From a virus, in IMG/VR virus record IMGVR_UViG_3300025030_000012: a DNA stretch of 64,000 nt. One strand, given 5' to 3'. The notes beneath the pieces are model-generated. The model had not been told where the DNA came from. It ran no database searches and saw only the letters and a list, made by a program, of their open reading frames with translations. Made by a program: the position numbers and the translations under genes. Of this stretch, positions 38,153-46,293 are shown one piece after another (within the stretch, counting starts at the first letter, position 1; each line of letters opens with the position of its first letter).

Positions 38153-38558
38153 TGGCGGAAGGCTGAAGAATCGAACTCCGAACCCTGCTTAGGTGTCCCC
38201 CTGGTTTTCGACTAAATCGTTTTGCGTGTTTCAGTTCTGATGGCGTGACAGTTGGCGCATACCACGTCACATTTTGCAATCTCAGCATGTAGGACGGCGA
38301 TGTTTTTGATCTTGGCTGTGGCGCTGCCGATAGCGAGGTTCTTCTTGCCACGAACATGATCGAACTGCATCGCGCAGGTAGGATACTCAATGCCGCAATC
38401 GGCGCATGGCCTTGCTTTTGCCAACCCGATCACACGCCTGATCTCGGCGCGACGCTCGCGCGTATAGATCGTCATATACGCCCGCTGTTTCTTTTGGTCC
38501 GAGTATGGCAAGATAGTTGAATACTAACATGGAACGGACCGTTCCAGCGGAGCCTTCC
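38153..38558 (-). pseudogene. tRNA-Ser(CGA) split by an HNH cassette (5' part about 38538-38558, 3' part 38153-38211)
   Basis: GGAAGGC pairs with GCCTTCC-G-CCA; the 3' part begins T-CGA-AA-ACCAG and has a long variable arm and T arm. Confidence 0.7.
38212..38511 (-). CDS. HNH endonuclease inserted in tRNA-Ser(CGA)
   Basis: CADCG...FDHVRG...CDVVCANCH; the TAG stop abuts U33 of the tRNA. Confidence 0.85.
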   Translation of the reverse strand: MPYSDQKKQRAYMTIYTRERRAEIRRVIGLAKARPCADCGIEYPTCAMQFDHVRGKKNLAIGSATAKIKNIAVLHAEIAKCDVVCANCHAIRTETRKTI

Positions 38559-38566
38559 GTTGATGG

Positions 38567-38661
38567 TGGCGGAAGGTGCAGGACTTGAACCTGCGCGGCC
38601 CTACTGAGGTGCCGACTTCATCTTAGCAGGATGATGCATTACCGGGCTCTGCCAACCTTCC
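38567..38661 (-). tRNA. tRNA-Ser(GCT)
   Basis: GGAAGGT/ACCTTCC-G-CCA, TCATC-CT-GCT-AA-GATGA, long variable arm. Confidence 0.92.
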
Positions 38662-38689
38662 GATGATTAGGAAGATCGACTTGATCGGG

Positions 38690-38761
38690 CGAACCGTATG
38701 GGAGTCGGACCCATCTTGACAGGTTGAAAGCCTGTTGGCCTCACCGGAAGCCGAACGGTTC
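38690..38761 (-). tRNA. tRNA-Glu(TTC), variant T-loop, no encoded CCA
   Basis: GAACCGT/ACGGTTC, ACAGG-CT-TTC-AA-CCTGT, T-loop TCCGACT. Confidence 0.8.
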
Positions 38762-38815
38762 CGGTGGTCTCTCGTGTAAGCGCGGTTTTCATGGTGTAAA
38801 AAGTATATCAGGTTT

Positions 38816-38893
38816 TGGTGCGCCCGGAAGGATTCGAACCCTCGACCCGTGAGGTAGAAGCTCACTGCTCTTGATCCACTGAGCTACGGGCGC
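38816..38893 (-). tRNA. tRNA-Arg(TCT)
   Basis: GCGCCCG/CGGGCGC-A-CCA, GTGAG-CT-TCT-AC-CTCAC. Confidence 0.93.
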
Positions 38894-38894
38894 T

Positions 38895-38971
38895 TGGCCC
38901 GCCGAGTAGGATTCGAACCCACAACCTCCGCGTTCGAAGCGCGGCGCTCTTGTCCGTTGAGCTATCGGCGG
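38895..38971 (-). tRNA. tRNA-Arg(TCG)
   Basis: CCGCCGA/TCGGCGG-G-CCA, CCGCG-CT-TCG-AA-CGCGG. Confidence 0.93.
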
Positions 38972-38998
38972 CAGAATTATCTGCGCCGACGCCTGAGT

Positions 38999-39075
38999 TG
39001 GTGCTGCTGGCAGGGAATCGAACCCGCGACCGCTTGCTTACGAGGCAAGTGCTCTACCGCCTGAGCTACAGCAGC
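38999..39075 (-). tRNA. tRNA-Thr(CGT)
   Basis: GCTGCTG/CAGCAGC-A-CCA, CTTGC-CT-CGT-AA-GCAAG. Confidence 0.9.
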
Positions 39076-39124
39076 GATGCGCGTTCGTGTTGTGGTTTCC
39101 ATGACCGGCATGATACATGAATGT

Positions 39125-39199
39125 TGGCGACGCAGAAGGGATTCGAACCCTCATCGTACGGATAGACAATCCGTTGCATTGCCTGTCTGCCACTGCGCC
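39125..39199 (-). tRNA. tRNA-Asp(GTC)
   Basis: GGCGCAG/CTGCGTC-G-CCA, ACGGA-TT-GTC-TA-TCCGT. Confidence 0.9.
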
Positions 39200-39202
39200 A
39201 AT

Positions 39203-39278
39203 TGGCTCCTGGGGTAGGACTCGAACCCACGACCCGCTCCTTAACAGGGAGCCGCACTACCTGCTGTGCTACCCAGGA
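39203..39278 (-). tRNA. tRNA-Asn(GTT)
   Basis: TCCTGGG/CCCAGGA-G-CCA, GCTCC-CT-GTT-AA-GGAGC. Confidence 0.93.
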
Positions 39279-39282
39279 ATTC

Positions 39283-39358
39283 TGGTGGAGATGATCGGAA
39301 TCGAACCGACGCGCTTCCGGTTGCAGGCCGGATGCTCTCCCTGCTGAGCTACATCCCC
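39283..39358 (-). tRNA. tRNA-Ala(TGC)
   Basis: GGGGATG/CATCTCC with G3.U70, TCCGG-CC-TGC-AA-CCGGA. Confidence 0.92.
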
Positions 39359-39365
39359 GAAATTC

Positions 39366-39436
39366 TGGAGCGGTCTGCGAGGATCGAACTCGCGCTGCCG
39401 GCTTGGAAGGCCGTTACACGCCAACGTGGAGACCGC
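39366..39436 (-). tRNA. tRNA-Gly(TCC) with truncated D arm
   Basis: GCGGTCT/AGACCGC-T-CCA, D arm ACG-TTGG-CGT, CT-TCC-AA loop. Confidence 0.8.
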
Positions 39437-39462
39437 GTCGGCGGCATTGTACTTCAAAAGTG

Positions 39463-39539
39463 TGGTACCCCGGAAAGGATTCGAACCTTCAATAGCCTCG
39501 TTCTAAGCGAGGAGACTTTGCCATTTTGTCCACCGGGGC
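39463..39539 (-). tRNA. tRNA-Leu(TAG) with short variable loop
   Basis: GCCCCGG/CCGGGGT-A-CCA, CCTCG-CT-TAG-AA-CGAGG, 5-nt variable loop. Confidence 0.88.
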
Positions 39540-39545
39540 GTTATT

Positions 39546-39630
39546 TGGTGATGAGTGATGGAGTCGAACCACCTATGCCGAGCATGCTTGAGGGTTACAG
39601 CCTCACCGATTGCCGTTCTCGCAACTCACC
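39546..39630 (-). tRNA. tRNA-Tyr(GTA)
   Basis: GGTGAGT/ACTCATC-A-CCA, TGAGG-CT-GTA-AC-CCTCA, long variable arm. Confidence 0.92.
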
Positions 39631-39631
39631 T

Positions 39632-40159
39632 TGGTGGGCCTGCTGGGACTCGAACCCAGAACATCTTCACGCTTGGCTATGACAGTTTGGGCAAAGGAAT
39701 CGAAGATTCTTCTTCCTATCGTCCAACCTATTCCTATTACGATGATCCACATCCAATACCAGAGGCTTACCTTTCCATTCTGGCCCCAACCCACACTGCT
39801 CACATAGATGGGGGACCCCACTCTCAATCAAAGCCCTTCGCAAATACGCCGCACCTTGTCTGTCACCAACATCACGTTTAACTAAAATACTTGCCGCTGT
39901 TCTCCTTGGCTGTTTCTTTCCTTTGTTCCATGCTCTACCTGTGAAATGACTGGTGTCTACCCCAGCCCTCTGCATCCTTCTTCGTATGTGCCCATGGCTA
40001 CCCCCAGGGAGCAATATACCCAAAAATCTCAACACCCCTGTGATGGAGGTTGAATTCTCTGCGGCTTCATGAAGTTGATCATCTGAATAGCGTGGCATTC
40101 GCTATTCTAACACGAAATTACAGAGAGGCAAGCGCGACTGCCAATTGCGCCACAGGCCC
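39632..40159 (-). pseudogene. Leu-like tRNA split by an HNH cassette (5' part about 40126-40159, 3' part about 39632-39681); anticodon unresolved
   Basis: GGGCCTG/CAGGCCC-A-CCA, Leu-type D arm GCGCAATTGGCAGTCGCG, then CTTGC-CT; the 3' part has CCAAG, a variable arm and T arm CTGGG-TTCGAGT-CCCAG. Confidence 0.7.
39667..40098 (-). CDS. HNH endonuclease inserted in the Leu-like tRNA
   Basis: CEQCG...LDVDHRNRNRLDDRKKNLRFLCPNCHSQ; the last codons overlap the tRNA 3' half. Confidence 0.9.
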   Translation of the reverse strand: MPRYSDDQLHEAAENSTSITGVLRFLGILLPGGSHGHIRRRMQRAGVDTSHFTGRAWNKGKKQPRRTAASILVKRDVGDRQGAAYLRRALIESGVPHLCEQCGLGPEWKGKPLVLDVDHRNRNRLDDRKKNLRFLCPNCHSQA

Positions 40160-40200
40160 AGCGTTTAGCTGAGTCGGTATCGCAATCGTAAAGGCGCTTG

Positions 40201-40275
40201 GGGGTGACTGGTGAGAGTCGAACTCACGATAAGGGAGTCACAATCCCTTGGCTTGGCCGCTTGCTGACAGCCACC
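40201..40275 (-). tRNA. tRNA-His(GTG)
   Basis: G-1 GTGGCTG/CAGTCAC-C73, AGGGA-TT-GTG-AC-TCCCT. Confidence 0.88.
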
Positions 40276-40324
40276 CCGAAACGTCCTTCGTCCGGTGCGA
40301 AGTGGGCGGCAATGTCGGGATTTG

Positions 40325-40397
40325 CGGGGGCGGCTGGACTCGAACCAGCGACCAACGATGTCAAAGACCGTTGCTCTACCAACTGAGCTACGCCCCT
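40325..40397 (-). tRNA. tRNA-Gln(TTG), no encoded CCA
   Basis: A1.C72 mismatch, G2-C71, G3-C70, G73; ACGGT-CT-TTG-AC-ATCGT. Confidence 0.8.
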
Positions 40398-40418
40398 TGA
40401 TCGTCTGTCGTTTTAGGT

Positions 40419-40493
40419 TGGTCAGAGCGGAAAGATTCGAACTTTCGACAACCGGCTTCCAAAACCGGGACTCTACCCCTGAGCTACGCTCTG
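40419..40493 (-). tRNA. tRNA-Pro(TGG)
   Basis: CAGAGCG/CGCTCTG-A-CCA, CCGGT-TT-TGG-AA-GCCGG. Confidence 0.92.
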
Positions 40494-40535
40494 AGATAAC
40501 GGGTCGCGGTCGTGGAGAATTGGAATCCATGCGCG

Positions 40536-40564
40536 AGTAAATCACAAATCAGGCCGTACCGCAA
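40536..40564 (-). promoter_or_regulatory. Putative promoter of the tRNA array
   Basis: TTGCGG-17-TTTACT upstream of tRNA-Pro. Confidence 0.45.
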
Positions 40565-40575
40565 CCTGCCCCTTG

Positions 40576-40617
40576 CGTCGAGAATTCGACAGGAGTACGC
40601 TTGTCGGGTTTTCGACA
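40576..40617. promoter_or_regulatory. Two palindromic boxes (40576-40591, 40602-40617)
   Basis: CGTCGAGAATTCGACA and TGTCGGGTTTTCGACA; 26-bp pitch; the second abuts the SD of the next gene. Confidence 0.65.
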
Positions 40618-40627
40618 GGAGGTCAAA

Positions 40628-41040
40628 TGACAACACCTCAATACAAGCGTGACCAAGCGCTGTCCAGGATGAAACAAATAGTGGGCCCCGCGCTAAGACC
40701 GAGCACCACATCAGGTATCACGTCACGTAGTGACCTTGTTCCTCGCACCAAAATCAATATGTCGCCGCAATCACTCCCCGCACCGACAGTGAGCGCACAG
40801 CGAGTGGAGAAATCCATGCCTCCTGGCCGTCCTGGCGTATTCCGAGTGGAGAAATCCACACAGCCAAATCCGGGCCCTGGTCCGAGTAATCCCGCTTTGC
40901 AAAGGCAAATGGTTGACAGGGCGAGACAGATAACGGCTAAAGCTCCTATGCCTCCTAGCCGTCCTGTACCCGTGGCACCGGACGTGCAAATCAGACCACC
41001 GAGCCCCGGCCGAGGTGTGGTGAGCAAGCTCAAGCGGTAA
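40628..41040 (+). CDS. Pro/Arg-rich low-complexity hypothetical protein
   Basis: SD AGGAGG before ATG 40628. Confidence 0.5.
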
Positions 41041-41063
41041 CGATCACCGTTTCAGGAGAGGGC

Positions 41064-43619
41064 ATGAACGGAAACGGACCTCACCCGTTCGATCCGAGCC
41101 ACGAACGCACACCCGGGGCAATCCCGGCGGGAGCTATTGTTGACCTCACGATGCCGATGCCCCAAGGCGACGAGGCGCGCATCACGCAGTCGGGCGAGGA
41201 TGTCATCGTCGATTTCGCCCCGGACAAGCAGGACCTTCCGTTCAACGCCGAGGACGCCAAGGAACATGGCGCCAACCTCGCGCGCTTCATCACCGACACC
41301 GAAAAAGCTCGCATCGCCCAGGACGTGATCCGATGGGTTGATGCCGACGTTGAGGCCCGCCAACCGTGGGTAGACAAACTTGCCGATGGCTTGGTCCTCC
41401 TGGGGGTGGTCAAGGACGCCTCGGACCTGGGTCCGCTTGGAGCTGCCGAGAAAGTCACCCACCCGCTGCTCGCCGAAGCGGCGATTCAGTACCAGTCGCG
41501 CGCCATCACCGAACTGTTCCCCTCCGGCGGGCCGGCAAAATGGGAAGTGCTCGGGGATGTGACCGAGGAGAAGGAAGACTCAGCCGACCGGCTGGCGAAC
41601 TTCCTCAATTTCACCCTCACGATTCAAGACAAGTCCTACTACAACGAATTCGACCGCATGCTATTCGTGCAGTCCTACGAGGGCAGTCAGTTCAAGAAGA
41701 TTTCCTACGATCCGCTAGTCGGAACTCCGGTTTCTCGCTGGGTGCGGGGACAGCACTTTATTGTGCCCTACGGCGCGGCAAGCCTTCAGTCGGCCCCGCG
41801 CTACACCCACGAGCAGAAGATCGAGCACAACGACGTTCTGAAGCTACAAGACATCGGCTTCTACACCGACGATGTTCTGGGTGAACCAACAGGGACCGCA
41901 CCGAGCGATTACAACACCATCAAGGAAAAGAAAGACGAAGCCGAGGGCATGACGCCTTCCATCCTGCTCGGAGAAATGCAGCCGCACATCTTCCTGGAGA
42001 TGCACGCCAACTGGGATCTGGCAGGATTCGAGCACGTCAACGACAAGAAGAAGAAAACCGGGATAGCACTCCCCTACATCGCCCACGTCGAGCGCGACAG
42101 CCAGAAGCTCCTTGGGCTGTACCGAAACTGGAAGGAAGATGATTCACTGCAAAGAAAACGGGTCTGGTTCGTCCACTACCCATTTATCCCGGGCGACGGC
42201 TTCTACTCCTACGGCTACGTGCACCTGGCCTCGGGAATCGCCAGAGCCTCGACCTTCGCCCTCCGTGTTCTCCTGATGGGGTCCGCTTTTGCCTCGATGG
42301 CCGGCGGGTTCAAGACGAAGAGCGCGCGCACCACGGGAAATATCACCCTTCAGGCCGGCGTGTTTCAGGACACCGACATGGAGTTCGAAGAACTGTCGAA
42401 GATGTTCTACTCGCCGAACTTCAAGGAACCCAGTCAGGCCCTGTTTCAGACCTTGGGGCTGCTCGTTGAGGGCGGCCAAAGGCTTTTCTCTACGCAGGAC
42501 GCTATGGTTGGGGACGCCTCGAACACCGGACCCGTAGGAACCACGGTCGCTTTGATCGAGGAAGGCAAGAAGGTCTTTTCCGCAGTGCACAAGCGGGGGC
42601 ACGCGGCTCTCGGGGAAGAACTCCAGATCCTCCGCGACGTGTGGAAGGAATACATCCCGGAAGGCGGATACCCCTACGACATCCCGGGCGAGTCCAGGGA
42701 AGTCATGGCCGAGGACTTCGCCGACTACGCCAACATCGTTCCGGTCTCGGACCCGAACATCTTCAGCTCGACGCAGCGAATCGCCCTGGCGCAGTCAGTA
42801 GGGCAGATGGCGATCGCAAACCCCGCCATGGACCGCCGGGAAGCCGACAGCATGATGCTGAGAGCCCTTCGCATACCGCAGGAGCAAATCAACCAGCTCC
42901 TGCCGGACCCCAAGGACATCAAGCGGGCGGACCCGGTCACGGAAAACGCCCTCATCATGGCCGGCCGTCCGGTAAAGGTTTTCGTCGATCAGGATCACGG
43001 CTCCCATTACCAAGTCCACCAGACTCAGCTCCAGGCCATGCAGGCCCAAGCCCCTCAGAACCCGCTCATCGCAGAACGCATTCCAGTCCTGATGGCCCAT
43101 GTTGCGGAGCACCAAGCCTACGGGGAAAGGCTTGGAATGATGAAAATGCTCGGAATCGAGCTGCCGCCGATGGACTTGGACGCCGACGAGCAGGAAATGC
43201 CGGGCATTCCGCCCGAACTGGACGCCATGATTTCCCAAAGAGCCGCGATTGCAGTCTCCAAGATGCCGCGGCCACCCCAACCACAGGATCTGGCGGCCCA
43301 GGCCGACGACCTGAAGAAGCGCGAGGACGCGCTGGCCGCCGAGCAGGAGAAGCTCGCCAAGGCCCGCGAAGGTATAGCCGGGGAGCAGAACAACCTCATC
43401 ACGCTGCGCGCTCAGGCTGAGAAAGAGTCGATGCGGGCGAAGTACGAGCAGGATCTGGCCGACAAGGATGCCGAGATCCGGGCCCTGAAGCTCCAAGGCG
43501 ACATCGAAAAGCGAGTGAACACCGCCGTCGACCGGGTTGAAAAAGCTCTCACCGACATGAAGAACGCCGCGCTGAAGGCGTCCGAAGCGTCATCCTCTCA
43601 AGGAGCGGCTTCCAAATGA
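41064..43619 (+). CDS. Portal protein (P22-like) with C-terminal coiled coil
   Basis: 851 aa after terL; HPLLAEAAIQYQSRA, F.K...D, GFYSYG, PVSDPN motifs; long helical barrel-like tail. Confidence 0.85.
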   Translation: MNGNGPHPFDPSHERTPGAIPAGAIVDLTMPMPQGDEARITQSGEDVIVDFAPDKQDLPFNAEDAKEHGANLARFITDTEKARIAQDVIRWVDADVEARQPWVDKLADGLVLLGVVKDASDLGPLGAAEKVTHPLLAEAAIQYQSRAITELFPSGGPAKWEVLGDVTEEKEDSADRLANFLNFTLTIQDKSYYNEFDRMLFVQSYEGSQFKKISYDPLVGTPVSRWVRGQHFIVPYGAASLQSAPRYTHEQKIEHNDVLKLQDIGFYTDDVLGEPTGTAPSDYNTIKEKKDEAEGMTPSILLGEMQPHIFLEMHANWDLAGFEHVNDKKKKTGIALPYIAHVERDSQKLLGLYRNWKEDDSLQRKRVWFVHYPFIPGDGFYSYGYVHLASGIARASTFALRVLLMGSAFASMAGGFKTKSARTTGNITLQAGVFQDTDMEFEELSKMFYSPNFKEPSQALFQTLGLLVEGGQRLFSTQDAMVGDASNTGPVGTTVALIEEGKKVFSAVHKRGHAALGEELQILRDVWKEYIPEGGYPYDIPGESREVMAEDFADYANIVPVSDPNIFSSTQRIALAQSVGQMAIANPAMDRREADSMMLRALRIPQEQINQLLPDPKDIKRADPVTENALIMAGRPVKVFVDQDHGSHYQVHQTQLQAMQAQAPQNPLIAERIPVLMAHVAEHQAYGERLGMMKMLGIELPPMDLDADEQEMPGIPPELDAMISQRAAIAVSKMPRPPQPQDLAAQADDLKKREDALAAEQEKLAKAREGIAGEQNNLITLRAQAEKESMRAKYEQDLADKDAEIRALKLQGDIEKRVNTAVDRVEKALTDMKNAALKASEASSSQGAASK

Positions 43620-43982
43620 ATACCGTCACGACCTACGCTTTGCCGAAGCTCCTTGCGATCGCGGTGGCTGCCGCGCTCAACCGCGAATTGCCGCGCATCG
43701 TAGTCCTGGTCAAGCACCTGAGCGAGCGAGGCAGGGTCATGGAAGAACAGCTTGGCTCGGTTTCGATTCCGTACTTCAACGCCATGATGGCAGAGGCTGC
43801 GCATGCTCGCCGATAAACAGGTCAAGGACATCGGCTTCAAGATTGCCGACTTGGAGAAGATGATTCTCTCCGGCACCTTGGAGCCCGAGAAGTACAAGGC
43901 CAAGTGTGCCGAGCGCAGGGCGTATCTGGATGCCATCGAGATCATCAAGACCATTTCCGGCGACGAGGAGGACGACAAGTGA
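43616..43982 (+). CDS. Two small head-module proteins (43616-43816, 43803-43982)
   Basis: Overlapping start/stop junctions between the portal and the GroES-like gene. Confidence 0.5.
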
Positions 43983-44530
43983 GCGTGAGCGCACGAGAAA
44001 AGAATCAGGCAATCGAGGTACTGGACGATGTGCTGAAGACCATGGACGACCCGAACTTGGGCATGAAAGTGCAGGACGATCCCTACTATGGCGTCGATTA
44101 CGAGGAAGACCTGTACGACGCCTTCGATCAGACGGTGCCGCCCGGCGCCCCGCATCCCTCGATCTGGCGCATCCTGGTCGCGCCGTGCATTCCGAGGACG
44201 ATGAGCAAAGGCGGGATCGAACTGCCTCACGCGGTCCGCGAGGCCGAGGAGCACCTGAACTATTTGGGGCGCGTCGTGCACATCGGTCCGCTCGCCGGCC
44301 GCTCGCCGAAGTTTCACATCATCACCAACCGCTTGCTCTACTGGCTCACCGCAGGCGCTTTCGGCTGGGTATCGGCCTGGGACTACAAGGTCGGCGACCT
44401 GATTCTATTCGGACGCTACAACGGACAGAAGATTTTCTTCAAGGGGGCAAGACTCGTCATGATGAATGACGACGAAGTCATCGGCCGCGCCGATTCGCCC
44501 AAGGGATTCAAGATTTACGCCGCAGGATAA
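43979..44530 (+). CDS. groES: GroES/Cpn10-like co-chaperonin
   Basis: RILV...MSKGGIELP...GRVVHIGP...KVGDLILFGRYNG...VMMNDDEVIG. Confidence 0.8.
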   Translation: MSVSAREKNQAIEVLDDVLKTMDDPNLGMKVQDDPYYGVDYEEDLYDAFDQTVPPGAPHPSIWRILVAPCIPRTMSKGGIELPHAVREAEEHLNYLGRVVHIGPLAGRSPKFHIITNRLLYWLTAGAFGWVSAWDYKVGDLILFGRYNGQKIFFKGARLVMMNDDEVIGRADSPKGFKIYAAG

Positions 44531-44547
44531 CCCGCAAGGAGATCACC

Positions 44548-44703
44548 ATGATGAACCGAAGCCAGATGAAGAAGGAAATGCAGGGCGGGAAGAAAACGAA
44601 AGGCGGTGCCGGATCGGGCGGCCCGCTGTGCAAACCCGGCCACGCGGCCAAGAATGTGAACGTGCACAAGAAGATGGCAATGGGCGCTAAAGGCAGCAAG
44701 TAG
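44548..44703 (+). CDS. Small basic Lys/Gly/Met-rich protein (51 aa)
   Basis: SD AAGGAG; MMNRSQMKKEMQGGKKTKGG... Confidence 0.5.
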   Translation: MMNRSQMKKEMQGGKKTKGGAGSGGPLCKPGHAAKNVNVHKKMAMGAKGSK

Positions 44704-44743
44704 GTCCGAAACAAACACGCCCTCGGGCGGAGAAAGGAGAAGC

Positions 44744-45775
44744 ATGGCAACGAAAACAGACGTGATTGACGAATTGATGCCGGACCCGGAAGAAGCTGGC
44801 GGCACGCAGGACGATCTTGAAATCGAGATCGCCGAGGGGGACGAAGGCGGCGGAGTCCGAGTCCCGGACGAGGAAGGTGCCGAGGCCGGCGCCGAAGACG
44901 AGGGGGCCCGGCTCGCCGAGGAAGAAGGCGAGGAACTGAGCGCCGAGGACAAGAAGTATTCGAAGAACGTCCAGGACCGCATCAAGCGCGAGCAGCGCCT
45001 GAGACGCAGGCAGGTCGAAACCGAACGCCAGGCCCGGGAAGCCTCTGACGCGCGCGCGGTCGAGGCCAATGCGCGCGCCGCCGAGGCCGAAAGGCAGACC
45101 GTCGAGGCCCGGCTTCTCACCACCAGCGTGATGGTGCGCAGTTTGAAGTCGGAAATCGGTTCCTTGACCGAGAAAATCACCGTGGCCAAGGAAGGCGGCA
45201 AGACCGAGGACGAGGTCAAGCTTCAACAGCAATTGAACGACGCCCAAGCCAACCTTCGGGAAGCGGAAACCAATCACGGCAGGCTCGAGGAGATCAAGAA
45301 AAACCCTCCAAAATCAGTCCCGGCGGCCGAAAACCCGTATTCGAGGGACTGGCTTGGCGGAAATAACTGGTTCAACGACCCGGAATTCAGCGGTGACGCA
45401 GCCAAAGCGCGTGAAATCGACGCCAAAATGATGAAGGAGGGGAAATTCAGCCCTCGGACAGCCGAATACTTCAAGGAATTGGACAAGCGGCTCCACGACG
45501 AGCTGCCGAGGCTGCGGACCAAGGTCAAAACGGCTGGATTGATCGCGACATTCGCCGGCGCAAAGCCCCAGCCTGACACGCGGCGCGGTGACGCCAGACC
45601 ATCCGCGGCCCTGCCGGCGCAACCACGCCAATCCAGTGCTGAGGCGCCAAAATCCAAGACCAAAGTCGTGCTCACCGCCGCGGATCTGGAGAACATGCGC
45701 AATTTCAAGATGGATCCGACCAATCCGAAACACCTGCAGCGGTACGCGCGGGAAAAAATTGCCCAAGGAGACTGA
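44744..45775 (+). CDS. Capsid scaffolding protein
   Basis: Acidic N-terminus, long coiled coil, position before the capsid genes. Confidence 0.7.
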   Translation: MATKTDVIDELMPDPEEAGGTQDDLEIEIAEGDEGGGVRVPDEEGAEAGAEDEGARLAEEEGEELSAEDKKYSKNVQDRIKREQRLRRRQVETERQAREASDARAVEANARAAEAERQTVEARLLTTSVMVRSLKSEIGSLTEKITVAKEGGKTEDEVKLQQQLNDAQANLREAETNHGRLEEIKKNPPKSVPAAENPYSRDWLGGNNWFNDPEFSGDAAKAREIDAKMMKEGKFSPRTAEYFKELDKRLHDELPRLRTKVKTAGLIATFAGAKPQPDTRRGDARPSAALPAQPRQSSAEAPKSKTKVVLTAADLENMRNFKMDPTNPKHLQRYAREKIAQGD

Positions 45776-45776
45776 C

Positions 45777-46289
45777 ATGGTAAAAACGACAAGTGCCGAA
45801 CGCTCGGTGCACGCTTCCAGAGAGGAAGAAATGCGCGAGGAAACCGTCCATGACGAGGAAGAGGTTGTCTGGGAGCAGAATCTTGCCTTACAGGCCCCGG
45901 CGCCGAGGAAAGGCTTCCGCCAGCGCTTCATCCGGGTCATGCTCCAAGGCAAGGACGATCATACGAACATCTCCAAGAAGCTGCGTGACGGCTGGAAGCC
46001 AAGGGAAGTCGCCACTTTGCCCAAAAACTATGACGTCCCAATCATCGAATCCGGGAGGTTCAGCGGTTTCATCGGCATCCAAGGTGGAGTCCTGATGGAA
46101 ATGCCGGAAAAACGCGCGCAAGCCAGAGAGAAGTTCTACGCCAAATTGACGCGCGGTCGGACCCAGGCTTTGGACTCCCAACTGCAGCAGGTCGGACGGG
46201 TAGCCGGGGGTCGTGGGTTCGGCCCGATCGAGGCGGACAAGAAATCCGTCCCGGTGCGTGAAGTAAGGGTTGCCCCGGACGAGGAATAA
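45777..46289 (+). CDS. Conserved head-module protein
   Basis: APAPRKGFRQRFIR...GWKP...GGVLMEMP pattern between scaffold and capsid. Confidence 0.55.
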   Translation: MVKTTSAERSVHASREEEMREETVHDEEEVVWEQNLALQAPAPRKGFRQRFIRVMLQGKDDHTNISKKLRDGWKPREVATLPKNYDVPIIESGRFSGFIGIQGGVLMEMPEKRAQAREKFYAKLTRGRTQALDSQLQQVGRVAGGRGFGPIEADKKSVPVREVRVAPDEE

Positions 46290-46293
46290 TAAG

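Noticed and set aside
38212-40125. Group I introns in the two split tRNAs
   Set aside because: Only about 26-27 nt of non-coding insert each, and no P3-P7 core recognised; a covariance-model search would be needed to exclude this fully.
40325-40397. Trp-like scaffold as a stop-codon suppressor tRNA or sign of recoding
   Set aside because: The 7-nt loop gives anticodon TTG with Gln identity elements, and genes end normally at all three stop codons.
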